From Neophaeotheca triangularis (lineage: Eukaryota): DNA of 64,000 nucleotides. The translations under genes were made by a program, and so were the position numbers. Of the stretch, positions 33,713 to 46,269 are shown piece after piece (the first letter of the stretch is position 1; every line of letters starts with the position of its first letter). Below the pieces are notes generated by a model. It did not search any database. It was not told the origin of the DNA and saw only the letters and a program-made list of their open reading frames with translations. Location: positions 310,001-374,000 of the forward strand of contig BAAIJX010000018.1 in assembly GCA_054600435.1 (NCBI GenBank). Direction: 5' to 3'.

Positions 33713-36700
33713 ATGTCTTATATGCGGGCACAACCCAATGGCAGCTACCGCAACGGTAATGGCCCCAGCGATCAATTCCGGAGATTTGACTTTGGTGGAG
33801 ACAGTAGCCGAGACGTCAGCGACAATGAAAGATCGCAATCGCGTGGCGCGGGAAGAAACGGAGGCTATGGCGAGCAGACGGAGGAGCGCAGGGTGAGAGG
33901 CCCAACTCGGCTTGACAGAGGGCATGCGCAACGACGGAGCAGGGACGAGACATGGAGCGCGAGCAGGAGTCGTAGCAGACCGGCCGCAAGCGGGAACGGA
34001 GGCGCCAGCAGCCAAGTTGAAGGTCAGTACATGTACGTACCGCCTGCTCAGGCCGACGTCTCTGGCGGCGCAGAGGGACTGACCACGACGATCTGCAGAG
34101 ATTCTGCGCTACATAGAGCAGCAATGGTCGTTCATGGCTTCCGACTCGTGCATACCTATCAAGGTAGCTCTGCAGCTCATGGACGAATCTTCCCTTGGGC
34201 TGGCAGACCAGTATGACCAGTTCCAGGAGGTGCATCAGCAGCTCCAGAATGCTCTCAAGGTGATTGTCAATGAGCACCACCAAGGCTTCAACAGTAGCAT
34301 CGGTACTTTCCACAAGATCCAGGCGGCTATACACTCGAGCCAACAGCGCGTAAGAACATTGAGGGCAGGGTTGGTGCAAGCAAAGGGCAATTTGGCGACC
34401 ACGAAACCCGAACTTCAGGCACTGGCGCAGGATAGTCAGGGGCACGATCAAATGTTGCAGGTGCTTGGAAGTATCGAGGAACTACAACTTGTGCCCGAGA
34501 GGTTAGAAGCGCAGATTTCAGAGAAGCGTTTCCTTGGGGCGGTGGATACTTTGCTGGAAGCGTTGAAGCTTATCCGGAAGCCCGACATGGAAGAGATAGG
34601 AGCTTTGTCTGAGTTGAGAGTATACTTGAGTAACCAGGAGATATCGCTCACCGATATTCTGGTGGAAGAGCTGCACAGCCACCTGTACCTGCGCAGTCCA
34701 TACTGCGAGGAGCGCTGGAGATCGCACACCAGGCGAGACGCTACGATTACCAATCTCGACTCGGACGAGCGTGCGATGTTCCATTTCCTGCAGAGCTACG
34801 ATGGCTCGGCTCCGATGCAAGAGGATACTGCTCGCAATCCGGAAGCCGACACGTTCTACTACATCCAGCTGCTAGTCGAAAGCTTGAATCGCTTGATGAA
34901 GCTGGATGTTGCCGTGGACCAGATCGAACATAGGATGCCGGTCGAGCTTTTCAGGGTGGTGGAGCGATCGCATACAGAAGTCGAACAGCGTCACCCGGCC
35001 ATGATGCGGTCAGCGGCACGTAACAAGGCAGACAAGCAAGCAGCGAAGGAGGGCATTGGTGGGGAGAGCAGGGCTACATTGGACGACCTTCTCACAACAC
35101 TATACGCAAAATTCGAGGCCATAGCCGAAGGCCACCGCGTGCTGCACGACGTTACTGGCGCTATATTGAAACGAGAAGCTCAAGCGGATGCAGCAACTCT
35201 GAATCGTAGCTTCAGAGAGCTATGGAAGCTGCTGCAGAGTGAGATAAGGTCTCTACTGCACGACCACTTGGCCACGAATGGACAGATGGGCCAAGGTGCA
35301 AGACAGGAGAACAACCCCACCGCAAACATATTTAAGCCGCATGTCAGGGACCGGAAGCAACGGCTGTTCAAGATGAACGACACAGACAGCAAGTCGGTTG
35401 AGCTTGCGACGGAAAGAGAAGACCTGGAATTCATTCTCAAGTCCTCGGTGCCAGGTCTAGTGTCCTCGAACACGCAGAGCACGAAGAAGAATCGCGAGAC
35501 GAATGATTTGCCGGACCGCTCGGCGACTGGCCACAAGCTTCTCGTGGAACCAAGCGTGTTCAACATGGGAATCTTGCTGCCCCCGTCTCTCGAGTTCCTT
35601 CACAAACTACGCGAGGTTGTTCCAACAAGCTCTGGCGTTGTGCCCTCCACTTTGACTTCATTCCTCGACGACTTTTTAATCAACGTCTTCTACCCACAGC
35701 TGGAAGAGACGCTGATTGACCTTTGCTCGCGTATTATGAACGAAGTGGACAGTTTTCAACCCGATCCTGCATGGCAACAACGCGCCAAAAGACCCATCTT
35801 CAAGGGCACTGCTCGCTTCTACGACCTTATGGAAACTTTCTGCAAGATGTTGGACAGCCTGCCACACGACCAGAGCTTCAGCTCCTTGCTCATTGCGCAG
35901 ATGCGCACGGTATACGACCGATGCTACAACTGGTCGAAAGCGCTACTTTCTCGCGCTCAGATGGCGGAAGAAAATCAGCAAGGCATGCGGCTGGCTGCCA
36001 ACCTTGCCACCAACGGTCAGGTTAACGACACAGTAATTGAGCTGCTCAAGGATGGAGAGAAGGATGCCGCGCCGTTGGCAGAGAAAGAGAGCGTCCTTCT
36101 CCTCGGTCTGACGAAGAACCATCCCCTCACGGAAGCGGATCTCATTACCGACCGAAAGAGCCTGGCCGCCCTCTGCACCCTGCACAGCAGCATGAAATGG
36201 CTTGCCAGCCGCTGCCAACAACTCCGCTACATCAGCCCACGCGCCGTCGACACCTCCAACATGCAACCCCAAGACTCCCGCCGATGGACCATGAACACAG
36301 CCAACGACCCCTCAGCCCCATCCAATCCCTTCATTCCCCTCGACGAAGAACACGCGGCCCGCTTCGACGCCGTCATCATGTCCTTCACCGAGCTCTCGAC
36401 ACTGATCCTGCGCACGCTCCACATCGACCTGCGCCTGCAGCTCATCCACGGCATCCACGGCGCCATGTCCTCGAGCTACAATCTCGGGCAACCCTATGAC
36501 GATCCCGACCCCGCCATCCTCACACTCTCTTCCTCCTTGTCTACCTATTGCACAGCCCTAACCACAAACTTCCTCGCTAAACAACAACACTTCATCTCCC
36601 TCAATCTCCACGTCCTCGCAAACGCCGCGCTCACTTCTCTCACCCCTCTTATCGCGGGCATGGACTACCATGGCAACAACCGCATGCAGCTCAACCTCCT

Positions 36701-36923
36701 GGTCTTGCAGCAATGCGTCAAGCAATTCGAGCCTGCGGCGGATCTAGGGCGGGCGGCGAGGTTTTACGAGCTGGGGCAGCAGGGGCCCGAGGCGGTCGTG
36801 AAGGCGAACAATGGATCGGAGTTTGGCAGGGAGGAGTTGAGAGGTTTGATCAGGTTGTGCTGGGATGCTGAGAGGGATGGGAGTGCTGGGGGGTTGGATG
36901 ATTGGTTGGATAGGTTGGAGTAG
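33713..36923 (+). CDS. sec8: Exocyst complex component Sec8 (exons 33713-34022, 34099-36923)
   Basis: IVNEHHQGFNSSIGTFHKIQ, VPERLEAQISEKRFLGAV, LVEELHSHLYL, DRSATGHKLLVEPSVFN. Confidence 0.93.
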
Positions 36924-37685
36924 AGTTGTTGCTGTGGCGGAGATGATGGTCGAGGATGCATACGTGTGTTGCGGGTGTTACTGGGTATCTGAGCCTTGAG
37001 TAGATAGGTGGAGCTAGTTGTCCACAGCGAGATTGGAGATGGTGAATATTCGCGCGCTCCACTTGTATCCACGCCCGAGAATGCGAGTAAACACATCCAG
37101 GGGAGTTGCTCCGCACCGTCCGAAGGTCGTCTTGCGATTGATTGATACCTGTGTACCTATGAGATTTGACTCGATACAACTCAACAAGCCGAGAAAGTGA
37201 TACCAGCCTCTCAAGATTGCCGATGTTGCCAAGACTGTTTTTTCTAGAGGGGAGACCCCCTCTGCCCTCTCTTCCCAACTTGATAAGGCGTTGTTTCATA
37301 TTTGACTTACGAGGCTTCGCCTGGTCACCTGGTGGAGCGAGAGGAGTGAGGTGGTGTGCCTGCTACCCGGAGCAGCAATCATGCCAGACCATGTCCTCGA
37401 CCTGGAGTAATTCGTTCAGAAGGGCCAGAGCGGTTACATTCAGCTCATTCATCACACACTGCACAACACCAGTTCCAACGGATCTTCTGAAGTGAAGTAC
37501 TAGTATTCCTACTAGTTTTCACCACGACAAGCCTTCTCAACACCGATTCCTCACCACGTCGCTTCCTCCTGTTGTTCCAAGTAAGACACAAGGCCAGCCC
37601 GACTCGCAACATCTCACGACAACCCAAAGAAAAGCATCTCGACCTACCACGACCACGTGGCCATCAGTCACTCGAAACCCACACC

Positions 37686-38214
37686 ATGCCTCCAAAAGGC
37701 CAGGGCATACTGACCGACGCTGACCACCTCATCTTCCTACTCACTTGCGTCCGTAACGCCGAAATCAGCAAGGCGCGTAAGCCCACCAAATCTCTCGCAT
37801 CTTCGTCTACTGACATAACCCGACAGCCAGACTTCCAGAAAGTCGCAGATGAGCTCGGCATCACGTCAGCGGCTGCGGCGTAAGTACTCTTTCTTTCACC
37901 TATCGCGTCTCGACTCGACAAAGCTGACCTTCTCTCATAGCCACAAGCGCTACTACCGTCTCCTGAAGAACACACAGGCTGGCAAAAAGGGCGCTGCTGT
38001 GCTCCCCGCCACTCCGAGCAGGGCCGACCTAGACAGCGACAACTACTCTCAGCCCACTCCTATCGAGAAGCGCAAGACGTCCGTCAAACCTGCTTCGAAT
38101 CTTCTCCGCAAGCGTAAGACCGATAGGGACAGCGAGGCTGGAGCTGCGGACGATTTAACGGGCGAGAACGAGGATATGGATGAAGGCGAGGCTGGTGGTG
38201 AGCAGGACGATTGA
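37686..38214 (+). CDS. Small fungal Myb/SANT-like protein M1 (3 exons; first intron probably GC-AG 37773-37826, second 37880-37940)
   Basis: MPPK...DHLIFLLTCVRNAEISKPDFQKVADELGITSAAAAHKRYYRLLK, followed by a basic/acidic tail. Confidence 0.8.
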
Positions 38215-39247
38215 TTGCGCTTGGTGATTGACCCACTCATCTCTTGTCACGCCCGAGCGATCTTTGACTCAGCCTGCGAATGCTCTGCACGGCGTGAGCT
38301 TCCACAACCGCCAGTGATGAGTACGATGGAATTGAAGAAGGACTGATGTTGATTGCGGTGGTTAGTCGCACAACATCTTCGATATACCTCCTAGACCCGA
38401 AAAGGAAATGCCGATGGTAGAGTGGATATCCGGCTCGGTATATGTTGAAACCTTGTTCCGACCTCATCTCATCCCATCACCACCTCACAACCCTCATCTT
38501 TCATCATCGTTGACCCGCTCTCAGAAAGTTATCCACAACATGCTGCCAAATTCGCCTGCAAGCCGTAGACGCTCGCAGTGATCAGCTTGAATTCAATGTC
38601 GTCACTCTATCACCCTCTGCGTCCGAAGCTTGGCCCTGTAGGACAGCATGCTCAACACCGGCAGAGGGGGAGCATTATTACCGCCAGAACAATGCATCTC
38701 TACCTAGAGAAGCTTCGAATTAGTCGCTTCAAATACCTACACTGTATGCGATCTCTGCCTCAAGATTGCCATGCACGCTCGAACGCGGGAGCTCCGAATG
38801 TCCAAGCCCGCCGCCAGTGCTGCTTGCGCTGCATACAGTACCTTTCGTAGACTCGATTTTGACCAGGCAATCTCACAGGCCCCCGACGCTCGAATAAATG
38901 CGTCTAGGGGACTGAAAATACATAGCAAGGCTGATGTACTGCATTATCTATGTTCTCTTCCACAGCCCCACTCCGATAGTCACGGCGAGCGACATGCGGA
39001 AAACGTGACAACGCAAGGAGAGTGGGTGTTGTCGGAGGACTTGCCTCCGTATGCTGCTAGGCTACGACGCTGGAGAGCCTGGCTTGGCGTGCTATTGTTT
39101 CGCTCAAGTATCTCCATACCACGCTCGCTAACTTCCTACCCACCATAGATTCAACCACTCCCTGAACATTGAAGCATCCGCGGATCCCTCACATTCCGCC
39201 CGAAGCACACCAGTACCACCTAAAAACCAAGAACTCAACACTACATC

Positions 39248-39781
39248 ATGCCGCCTAAAGTGATGACCTGGGATGGTAGGTAGCTACACCAATCTGCTGC
39301 CTGGTTGAACCGGCGATACTAACATATTCCAGCTGCTGCTGACAGGAAGTTCTTCCTGCTCATCATCAAGACTAACAATGTGACCCTCGACTACGACTCT
39401 TTGGCCCGTCAGATGAGCACTGCCGATATGACGGTCACCACGAGCGCTCTCAAGAGCCGCTTCAAAAAGCTCAAGAAGATGGCGAAGGAGGGCAGCAGGT
39501 CAGTCCCTCCGACACTCGATTCGTTCTACTAACCAATCGCTAATCTGCTGTTTTGTAGCGAGGATGGTGACGACAAGGCCACCCCGACTACCACTCCCTC
39601 CAAGCGCAAGAAGGGCGATGGTGACGAAGCCACGCCATCGAAGAAACTCAAGTCTGCCGCGAAAGCGAAGTCTAAGGCTAAAGCCCAAGAGATGGAGGGT
39701 GGCGACGACGACGAGGAGGACGATACGGTTGGTCGATTTGCGGAAGGTCAGGTCTACGTCAAGGAAGAATCTCCCTTTTGA
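39248..39781 (+). CDS. Small fungal Myb/SANT-like protein M2 (exons 39248-39275, 39333-39498, 39559-39781)
   Basis: MPPKVMTWDAAADRKFFLLII...LDYDSLARQM...TTSALKSRFKKLK. TPSKRK/TPSKK tail ending VKEESPF. Missed by the ORF track because of introns. Confidence 0.85.
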
Positions 39782-40171
39782 TTCGGCACATCAACGACAG
39801 CGAAAACGCGGATGACGATGCTGCCTCGAGCATGGGGAATTATCTCAAGATCGCTCTACGGTAGTATCCTAGCGAGGTAGGCTTGCGTGCTGTGCAAATC
39901 TTCACGTACAGTTAAAACCCTTCCCGCCTTATTAAATGGCCGTGCACTGAGCGTTGTATCCAGGTGACATTTGCGCGATCGTGGCGCAGCGAAGGTGTCG
40001 CTAAGTGAGCTTCTTGGCAGCATTCGTGCGACTTAAGTAAGTGCTGCATCCCTCCACTCACTGCCTAAACTTCTTGCACACCCGGCACTGCACGACCAAC
40101 AAACTGCTATACGAACACCATCCGACTGTCACCTGGCAAAGCACACAAGCCTTTCAGTGCATCCTCATAAC

Positions 40172-40746
40172 ATGCCTCCTAAAGGCCCCTCCATGACTTG
40201 GGATGGTAAGTTAACCTATTCACTCATCGCGAGGAGTACCGCTAACCCAGCACAGCGGCTGCAGACCGCAAGATGTTTTTGCGCATCTTGAAGCAGAAGG
40301 ACATCAGCATCGACTACGACGACTTGGCCGCTTACATGAGCACCGACACTATCACCGTCACGAAGAACGCCATCACCAAGCGTTTCGGCAAGCTCAGGGA
40401 ACTGGCTGCGGAGGAGGATGCCGCGTAAGTAAAAACACCGTTCGCTACTGAAGCTTCTTGGGGCTGACAGCCCACCAGTGCCGGCGATGGTGAGAACACC
40501 GCCACAACCCCCAAGTCCAAGGCTTCTCCGACCAAAAAGCGCAAGAATGGGGATGCTGCCGACACCCCGTCTAAGAAGGCCAAAGCCACGCCAAAGCCGA
40601 AGAAGCCGAAGGCCAAGGTCAACGATGCCGAAGTTGAGTCTGAGGTTCAGGAGGTAAATGGTGAGGGAAGCGGAGAGAAGGAGGATGAGGAAGACATCTT
40701 CGGGTGGGGAAGCATGGAGGTCAAGAATGAGCCTCAGTACGACTAA
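40172..40746 (+). CDS. Small fungal Myb/SANT-like protein M3, paralog of M2 (exons 40172-40205, 40256-40424, 40479-40746)
   Basis: MPPKGPSMTWDAAADRKMFLRIL...IDYDDLAAYM...TKNAITKRFGKLR. Same intron positions and phases as M2. Confidence 0.85.
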
Positions 40747-42717
40747 TCTCGTCACCCACCATGCGAGCCGACATTGCCGTCCAGGCATTGAGAATCTACC
40801 CGAGTCTTTGAATCTCTTCACTTAGCAATCCCCAGGCGACGCTCCATAGTATACTGGCAATATGAAAGCATGCGGGTCCATGCCCATCCAAGAACGCTGT
40901 GTATCTGCGGTTTCCTCACCTGCTCGATTGCGGCCTGGTTTTCGTTGTTGCCTCTGACTTGCGCCGCCATCCAGCCTTCACTCCCTAACTGTGCCTGAGG
41001 CCCATGAGCTCCGGGAGTTGCCGTTTGCCGCGTGACCTCGTCATCGTTGCCTAATTGGGAAGGCAAGCTCCATCTTGGCGCAGGCCTGCGTGGAACAATC
41101 TCCTGGGCAACTGGACGCTTGGACTTTCGCACTTACACGACCCTCTTGCAATACCGAATTTCTACTCATCCTGCTTGTTTAAGAACAACGACGATTGAAT
41201 TGGCTCAGCGAAGAGTGTACGGTAAACCCAGCATATCTGCAGAACTTCAGCCCCAACTAACTCCCATTCCAGTTGACCTCGAGACACTTCAGGAGAGGTT
41301 GGCTCCATACCTTTCGATTCTGCCAAACTTCTTCCACCGAACATACCACTTAAAGTGCGCACTATACCACAGGTCGTGCACCTTCATTGTAGAGGCTGCT
41401 ATTAACACCCTAACAGCCAGAGCCCGCCAGCGCCAGGATACCAGTACTTCCTTCACTGCCGTCACCTTTACTTCCATTGCTGGTGTCGCCAGCGCTACGA
41501 TTCCTGTTTCCACTTCACTCTGCCCCAAGCCATCCTCGAAAACGAAAACTTCCACCCGCTGGTAAGCATCGATACTCTACACTAGACTAATCCCAAACTA
41601 ATTGATTGACCCTGCAGCGTCGGACTCTTCATTGGCGCTCTTTCGGCGCGTAGGCAGTTGACCGCCAGAGTACGCTTCAACGCAAAAGGTGAGTTTCGTT
41701 TTTCATTATCGCCCTCGTGGTCTTGCATTGTGACATCCGGAGCTGGAAAAAGGAGGAGGATACACAGCTTGACAGGCGTCTACCTGGATTTATCAACTAT
41801 TGGAGCCTGGAGACTGGACAACGGACCTCATAATTGACTGGCCCCATGCGCGCGCCGATCCTGCCATCCCTGCGTTGCTTCCCTTCCTGCCTACGAGAAC
41901 ACTTGCCCTGAAACACAGCAACACTCCACTGCCCCGGTGATCTATCTCTCTCACTCGCCAGCTTGAGCATGCGACCTGCCCGATTCCACCTCGCTCAGCG
42001 TCCGAGACATCGAGCAGAAATCCTCTTTTTTCTTTTACCTTTTCACACTCCAGCCCTCTGCCCTTCCCAGGTACCGACCATACAGATCTCCGCATGCGAC
42101 TGCTGCGTCGAGACACTCTTCACTTCCCATTCTTCAGGCGCCGTACAAGACCATGGAGTCTGTACGAGGACAGATGCCTCAGAGAGCCTCAAAGCTCGTT
42201 GAGCTCCGCTTCCCATGGCGAGTTCCACCTTGCCGCCCTACAGGCGATGGTCAATCAGCAGTCTCCTTGCATAAGCCTAAACGTTTAGATTTCCTTCTGA
42301 TGGTCCTAGGCTTCCTTGTGCTACTAGGCCTTCTCTCTGCTTACCGAACATTCAGTAGCGTCCTCTCTACTAACTTGTACCTGATGGTTCTCGTCCTTGT
42401 TCTCTTCTTTGTTATACTTACCTGATGGATGCTCCGTTACTCCGCCTCTAACACGAGGTGGATTATGGATACTGTCAGCAGTGTTTAACTTGTACAGCCA
42501 CGTGCTTCGACTTCGACTATTTCAGCGCCTCGCTCTTTGGCTTGTTCTTACGACCTTACTCTACACTCCAACCTTGGCTTCCCCTTTTTGGAAGCCTCCA
42601 CCCGACACCATCCTGGCCTATCTTTCTTTCTACCTGACCTGATTTCTATCTGCCTTCCTGCCTTCACTTCTAGCTTGCACTAGTAACTTCCAACATCGGC
42701 ACTGGAAGTCACTCCAG

Positions 42718-44953
42718 ATGCAAGACCACGAGGGAGAGTCGGATCTCTTGAAGTGGCTTGATTCATTGACACCACCACCCCAGGTCGATATCGTCTCGAA
42801 CATGGCGCCCATGCAGTCCACGTCAGGACCCGATGAGCCATTCACTCCGTCTGCCAACACGAACGACACGCCCGAAGAGGTGACTCCATCCACGTCCAAC
42901 AAGAAGAAACGCAAGTCCGCTGCGGGCCGCAAGCTTATGCGTTGGGACCGTAAGTAGCATTTTAATACCACGGTATACTAGCCTTACGACTGACAAAGCA
43001 ATAGCATCCGTGGACCAGCATGTTCTTCTCGTCATCGACTACGTCTGCGCTCGCGAGGGTGTTGCTGTGCCCTGGGACCTAATCGCCGCGGAGATTCAGC
43101 CCTGGATGACCGGAGAGGCCATCAAGCAACACCTCGTCAAGCTTCGTAGTGCTCGTGAACATGCGAAACTCGCTGTGCCTCCCAAGATCGAGCGCTCCGT
43201 TCGCCGCAAGGCCGCCTTGAAGGGCTCTGCCGTGAGCACTCCCACTCGTGGCGATGGTGACGACGACGACGACGACGACCAATCTGGACGCTCGTTGCTC
43301 TTCGTTCCCTCTTCCAAGAAAAAGACCAGAACCAAGACCCCAAAGACTGGAGGCAGTACGAAAACTCCCAAGACTCCCAAGAGCAACCAGAAGGTCCAGG
43401 ACAATGAGGACGACGAAGAGGTGGTGACCCCGTCCAAGTCGAAGAAGTCCGCCAGCAAGTCCAACAACGTCAACGACGATGACTATGAGACTCCCAGCAA
43501 GAAGGTCAAGACCAACTCGCTGCGTGCCCGTGCCATTGTCAACTACAAAGAGCAGCTTGAGGACGAGGACGGAGATGATGATGAGGACACGGAGGACAAT
43601 TTGCTCGCGAAGCCTGAGCCTTTTGACGATGACGACGTCTTCGAACCCGATTTCGATGAGGACGAGGGCGAGGTTTCGCAGCCCACTCAGGCGTTCAGGA
43701 AGCCTACTGTGCCCGAGGCTGAGACTTCTGGCGCTGTCAAGCAGGAGCAAAGTAAGCTGGCTCTGCGACCAACGAGTGATCACATCATGCTAACTCTCAA
43801 TCGAGCCTCTTCGTCCACTATTCAGGGAATGAACACTGCTGCGTCTTCTCCATTCCAGACCAGAATGAGTGGTGAAACCGCCATGCCATCTCAGAAGAAC
43901 TTCTCCCGTCCATTCTCGGGCACCGGAGACAGTCACTACAACACTACGTCGTCTAGCTCGGCCACCAACAACGGTGCCGTCCCGGCTTTCACTGCGGGAG
44001 GTCATAACACCTCTGGCAATGCCTTCCGGGTTCCTCCCGCCAACTACATTGGCAGCACTGCCGGCAGCCAGGAGCCACCTTTCTTCGGCAACACGGACAG
44101 CGCGACTACGGGCAACTACACCTTCAGCGACGTCGATTCCCTGCGCCGCTTCAACCAGCAGAGGGAGTATGAGGATAGGATGCGTGCGATGCACCAGTCG
44201 AACGCCCGTCGTAACCCTCACGGCGACGGAAACGACTCGTCCTCCATCCCGCCATCTTCTTACTCGACGAACAACAACGGCCTTTACGGTTACGGTATGG
44301 CCAACAACATGGGCAACAGCGCCGGCAACAACGCGGGCAACAACACGGGCAACAGCATCATGGGCAATGGCGTTGGCAGGAACATGATCAGTGGTACGGG
44401 TAGTGGTACAAACAGCCGCGCGTCCGCCGGTATGGGCAACGGGTTGTCAATGAGCGTGGGCACGAGCTACGACAATAGCTACGGCAACGGCTATATCAAC
44501 AACTACGGCAGCGGTTATGACAGCGGCTTTGGCAATGGCTACGGCGACACCTACGGCGGCATGAGCGATGGCTTGGGCTACGGCAACGACATGGGCATGC
44601 ACCTGGGCAGCGAATTTGACAACCTCTTCGCAGCCGACACCTCGGGCATGAACATGGGCTTCGTCACTGACCAAAGCGCCCCACGTCATGTCACGGCCGC
44701 GCCCGGGGGCATGGGCAACTTGCAGAACTCGATTCCCTACGAGTCTCTCGCTGCTGGTACCTACACCACGATGCAGCCCCAGAACGGTCTCCACGACGAC
44801 GACGACATCTTCAGCACTTCTCAGGGACGTCAGAGCTTTAGCAGCGGCAACGATGAGTCCCAGGACCAGTCGCTCTCCAGCCAGGCCGACACTCAGCCCA
44901 AGGACGAGTTCCCTTCCCTGGACGACTTCATCGACTATGACGCTGCCCAGTAG
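42718..44953 (+). CDS. Myb/SANT-like protein M4 with TP-K-rich, acidic and G/N/Y/S low-complexity regions (start 42718 or 42802; intron 42950-43004; possible in-frame intron from ~43752)
   Basis: GRKLMRWDP|SVDQHVLLVIDY...VPWDLIAAEIQPWMTGEAIKQHLVKLR. The 647-aa ORF 43010-44953 is the main exon. Confidence 0.8.
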
Positions 44954-45355
44954 ACGCCCAGTCCCGGCACCGAACCCACCTCGTTGACGTCTGCCCATCA
45001 ATGGCGACAGATGAACGACTCCTGCATCTTTGCATTCCCCCCACCCCCCTGGCGTAACTCAGAAACTTGTTTCATCATTTGGACGTGTCATTAGAAACCA
45101 GCAAATGCATCCATTCGTGGAAAGGAATTGCTGGTTCTGCGACAAAGACGACTTACACGACCACGAAGAGCAACGAGGAGACGAGATTGGCACATCATAA
45201 ACACCGGCAGGAGAGGGAGGAGGTTGCATACACACACCAGCACAGACTGCTTTTCCTTGGGAGCGTGATTCTTTTGATCAAAATCGGCTTTGAGATACCC
45301 ATGAGGCGTGCTTTAGGTAGCGGCGTAGCATAGTGCATCATCAAGCCTTTAACCC

Positions 45356-45511
45356 AGGAAGAGCCGGTGGTACCGGAACGGCTATTTCGGCTTTGTCTGC
45401 GTTTGTTGACAGAAAAGGGGGGAATGGCAGCTTTTATTACCTTTGTAGAGACTATGACAGTAGACTAGCTTTTCGGAGATACAACCCCATATGCAGAATC
45501 TAGCTCTTCCT
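45356..45511 (+). repeat. 5' LTR of element D (156 bp, AGGAAGAGC...GCTCTTCCT)
   Basis: Matches 61132-61287 except for three RIP-type transitions. 9-bp perfect terminal inverted repeat. Confidence 0.9.
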
Positions 45512-46269
45512 AGTGACCACGCCAGGGGTGTGAACTTCTCGGAGTCCCGTCTCTAAGATGGAATGAAAATACTGTTATCAGACATCCCCGTAGCAAATAA
45601 GCACGAGAAGCGACCATAGACGTATGTAGAGAACAAAACGGAAACAGTAGCACGAGCAATAGAGATAATAGTAATATAAGAGAGACTAAGCCATTAACAA
45701 GAGAACGTAGAAGGACAAGGGACGAAGTATCTACTAGTAAGAATCTATAGAGTACTAAACGTGTAGTAAAGGAAGTTTCATGACAGAAGCTAGCAATTCG
45801 TAGTACTAAAGAATGACCCCATAAGAAGAGAATCACAGACAAGCTACACGGATAACGATAGGAAGACGTGGACTACCTATAAGAGATAGCGGCAACGCAA
45901 TTGAGCGGTAAGCGCCTTTTAATAGTAGAAGTAGCCTTTCATTTTTAGGGGGTAAGAATTAGAATTAAAGAATCTGGAAGAATGAGTAACTGATCACTAT
46001 TAGAAGCCTTAGACACTATACTAATACTAAACTCACTATCGACCACGGAACGCACCCTAAGTAAAGACCGTTATTAACAAGGAGTTAGTCTACTATCATT
46101 AAGTAGCCTACCTACCTTCGAGAACTAAAGCTACTGTTATAAGCCTATGCCGTTCCTACTACCTATCGACAAAACGATCTAGTAAAGTCAACCTACTATT
46201 AGTTTCAAGTCCCCCGACAGATCAAAACCGATACTAAGATTAAAAGGATTCGCTAACCTAAAATCAACT

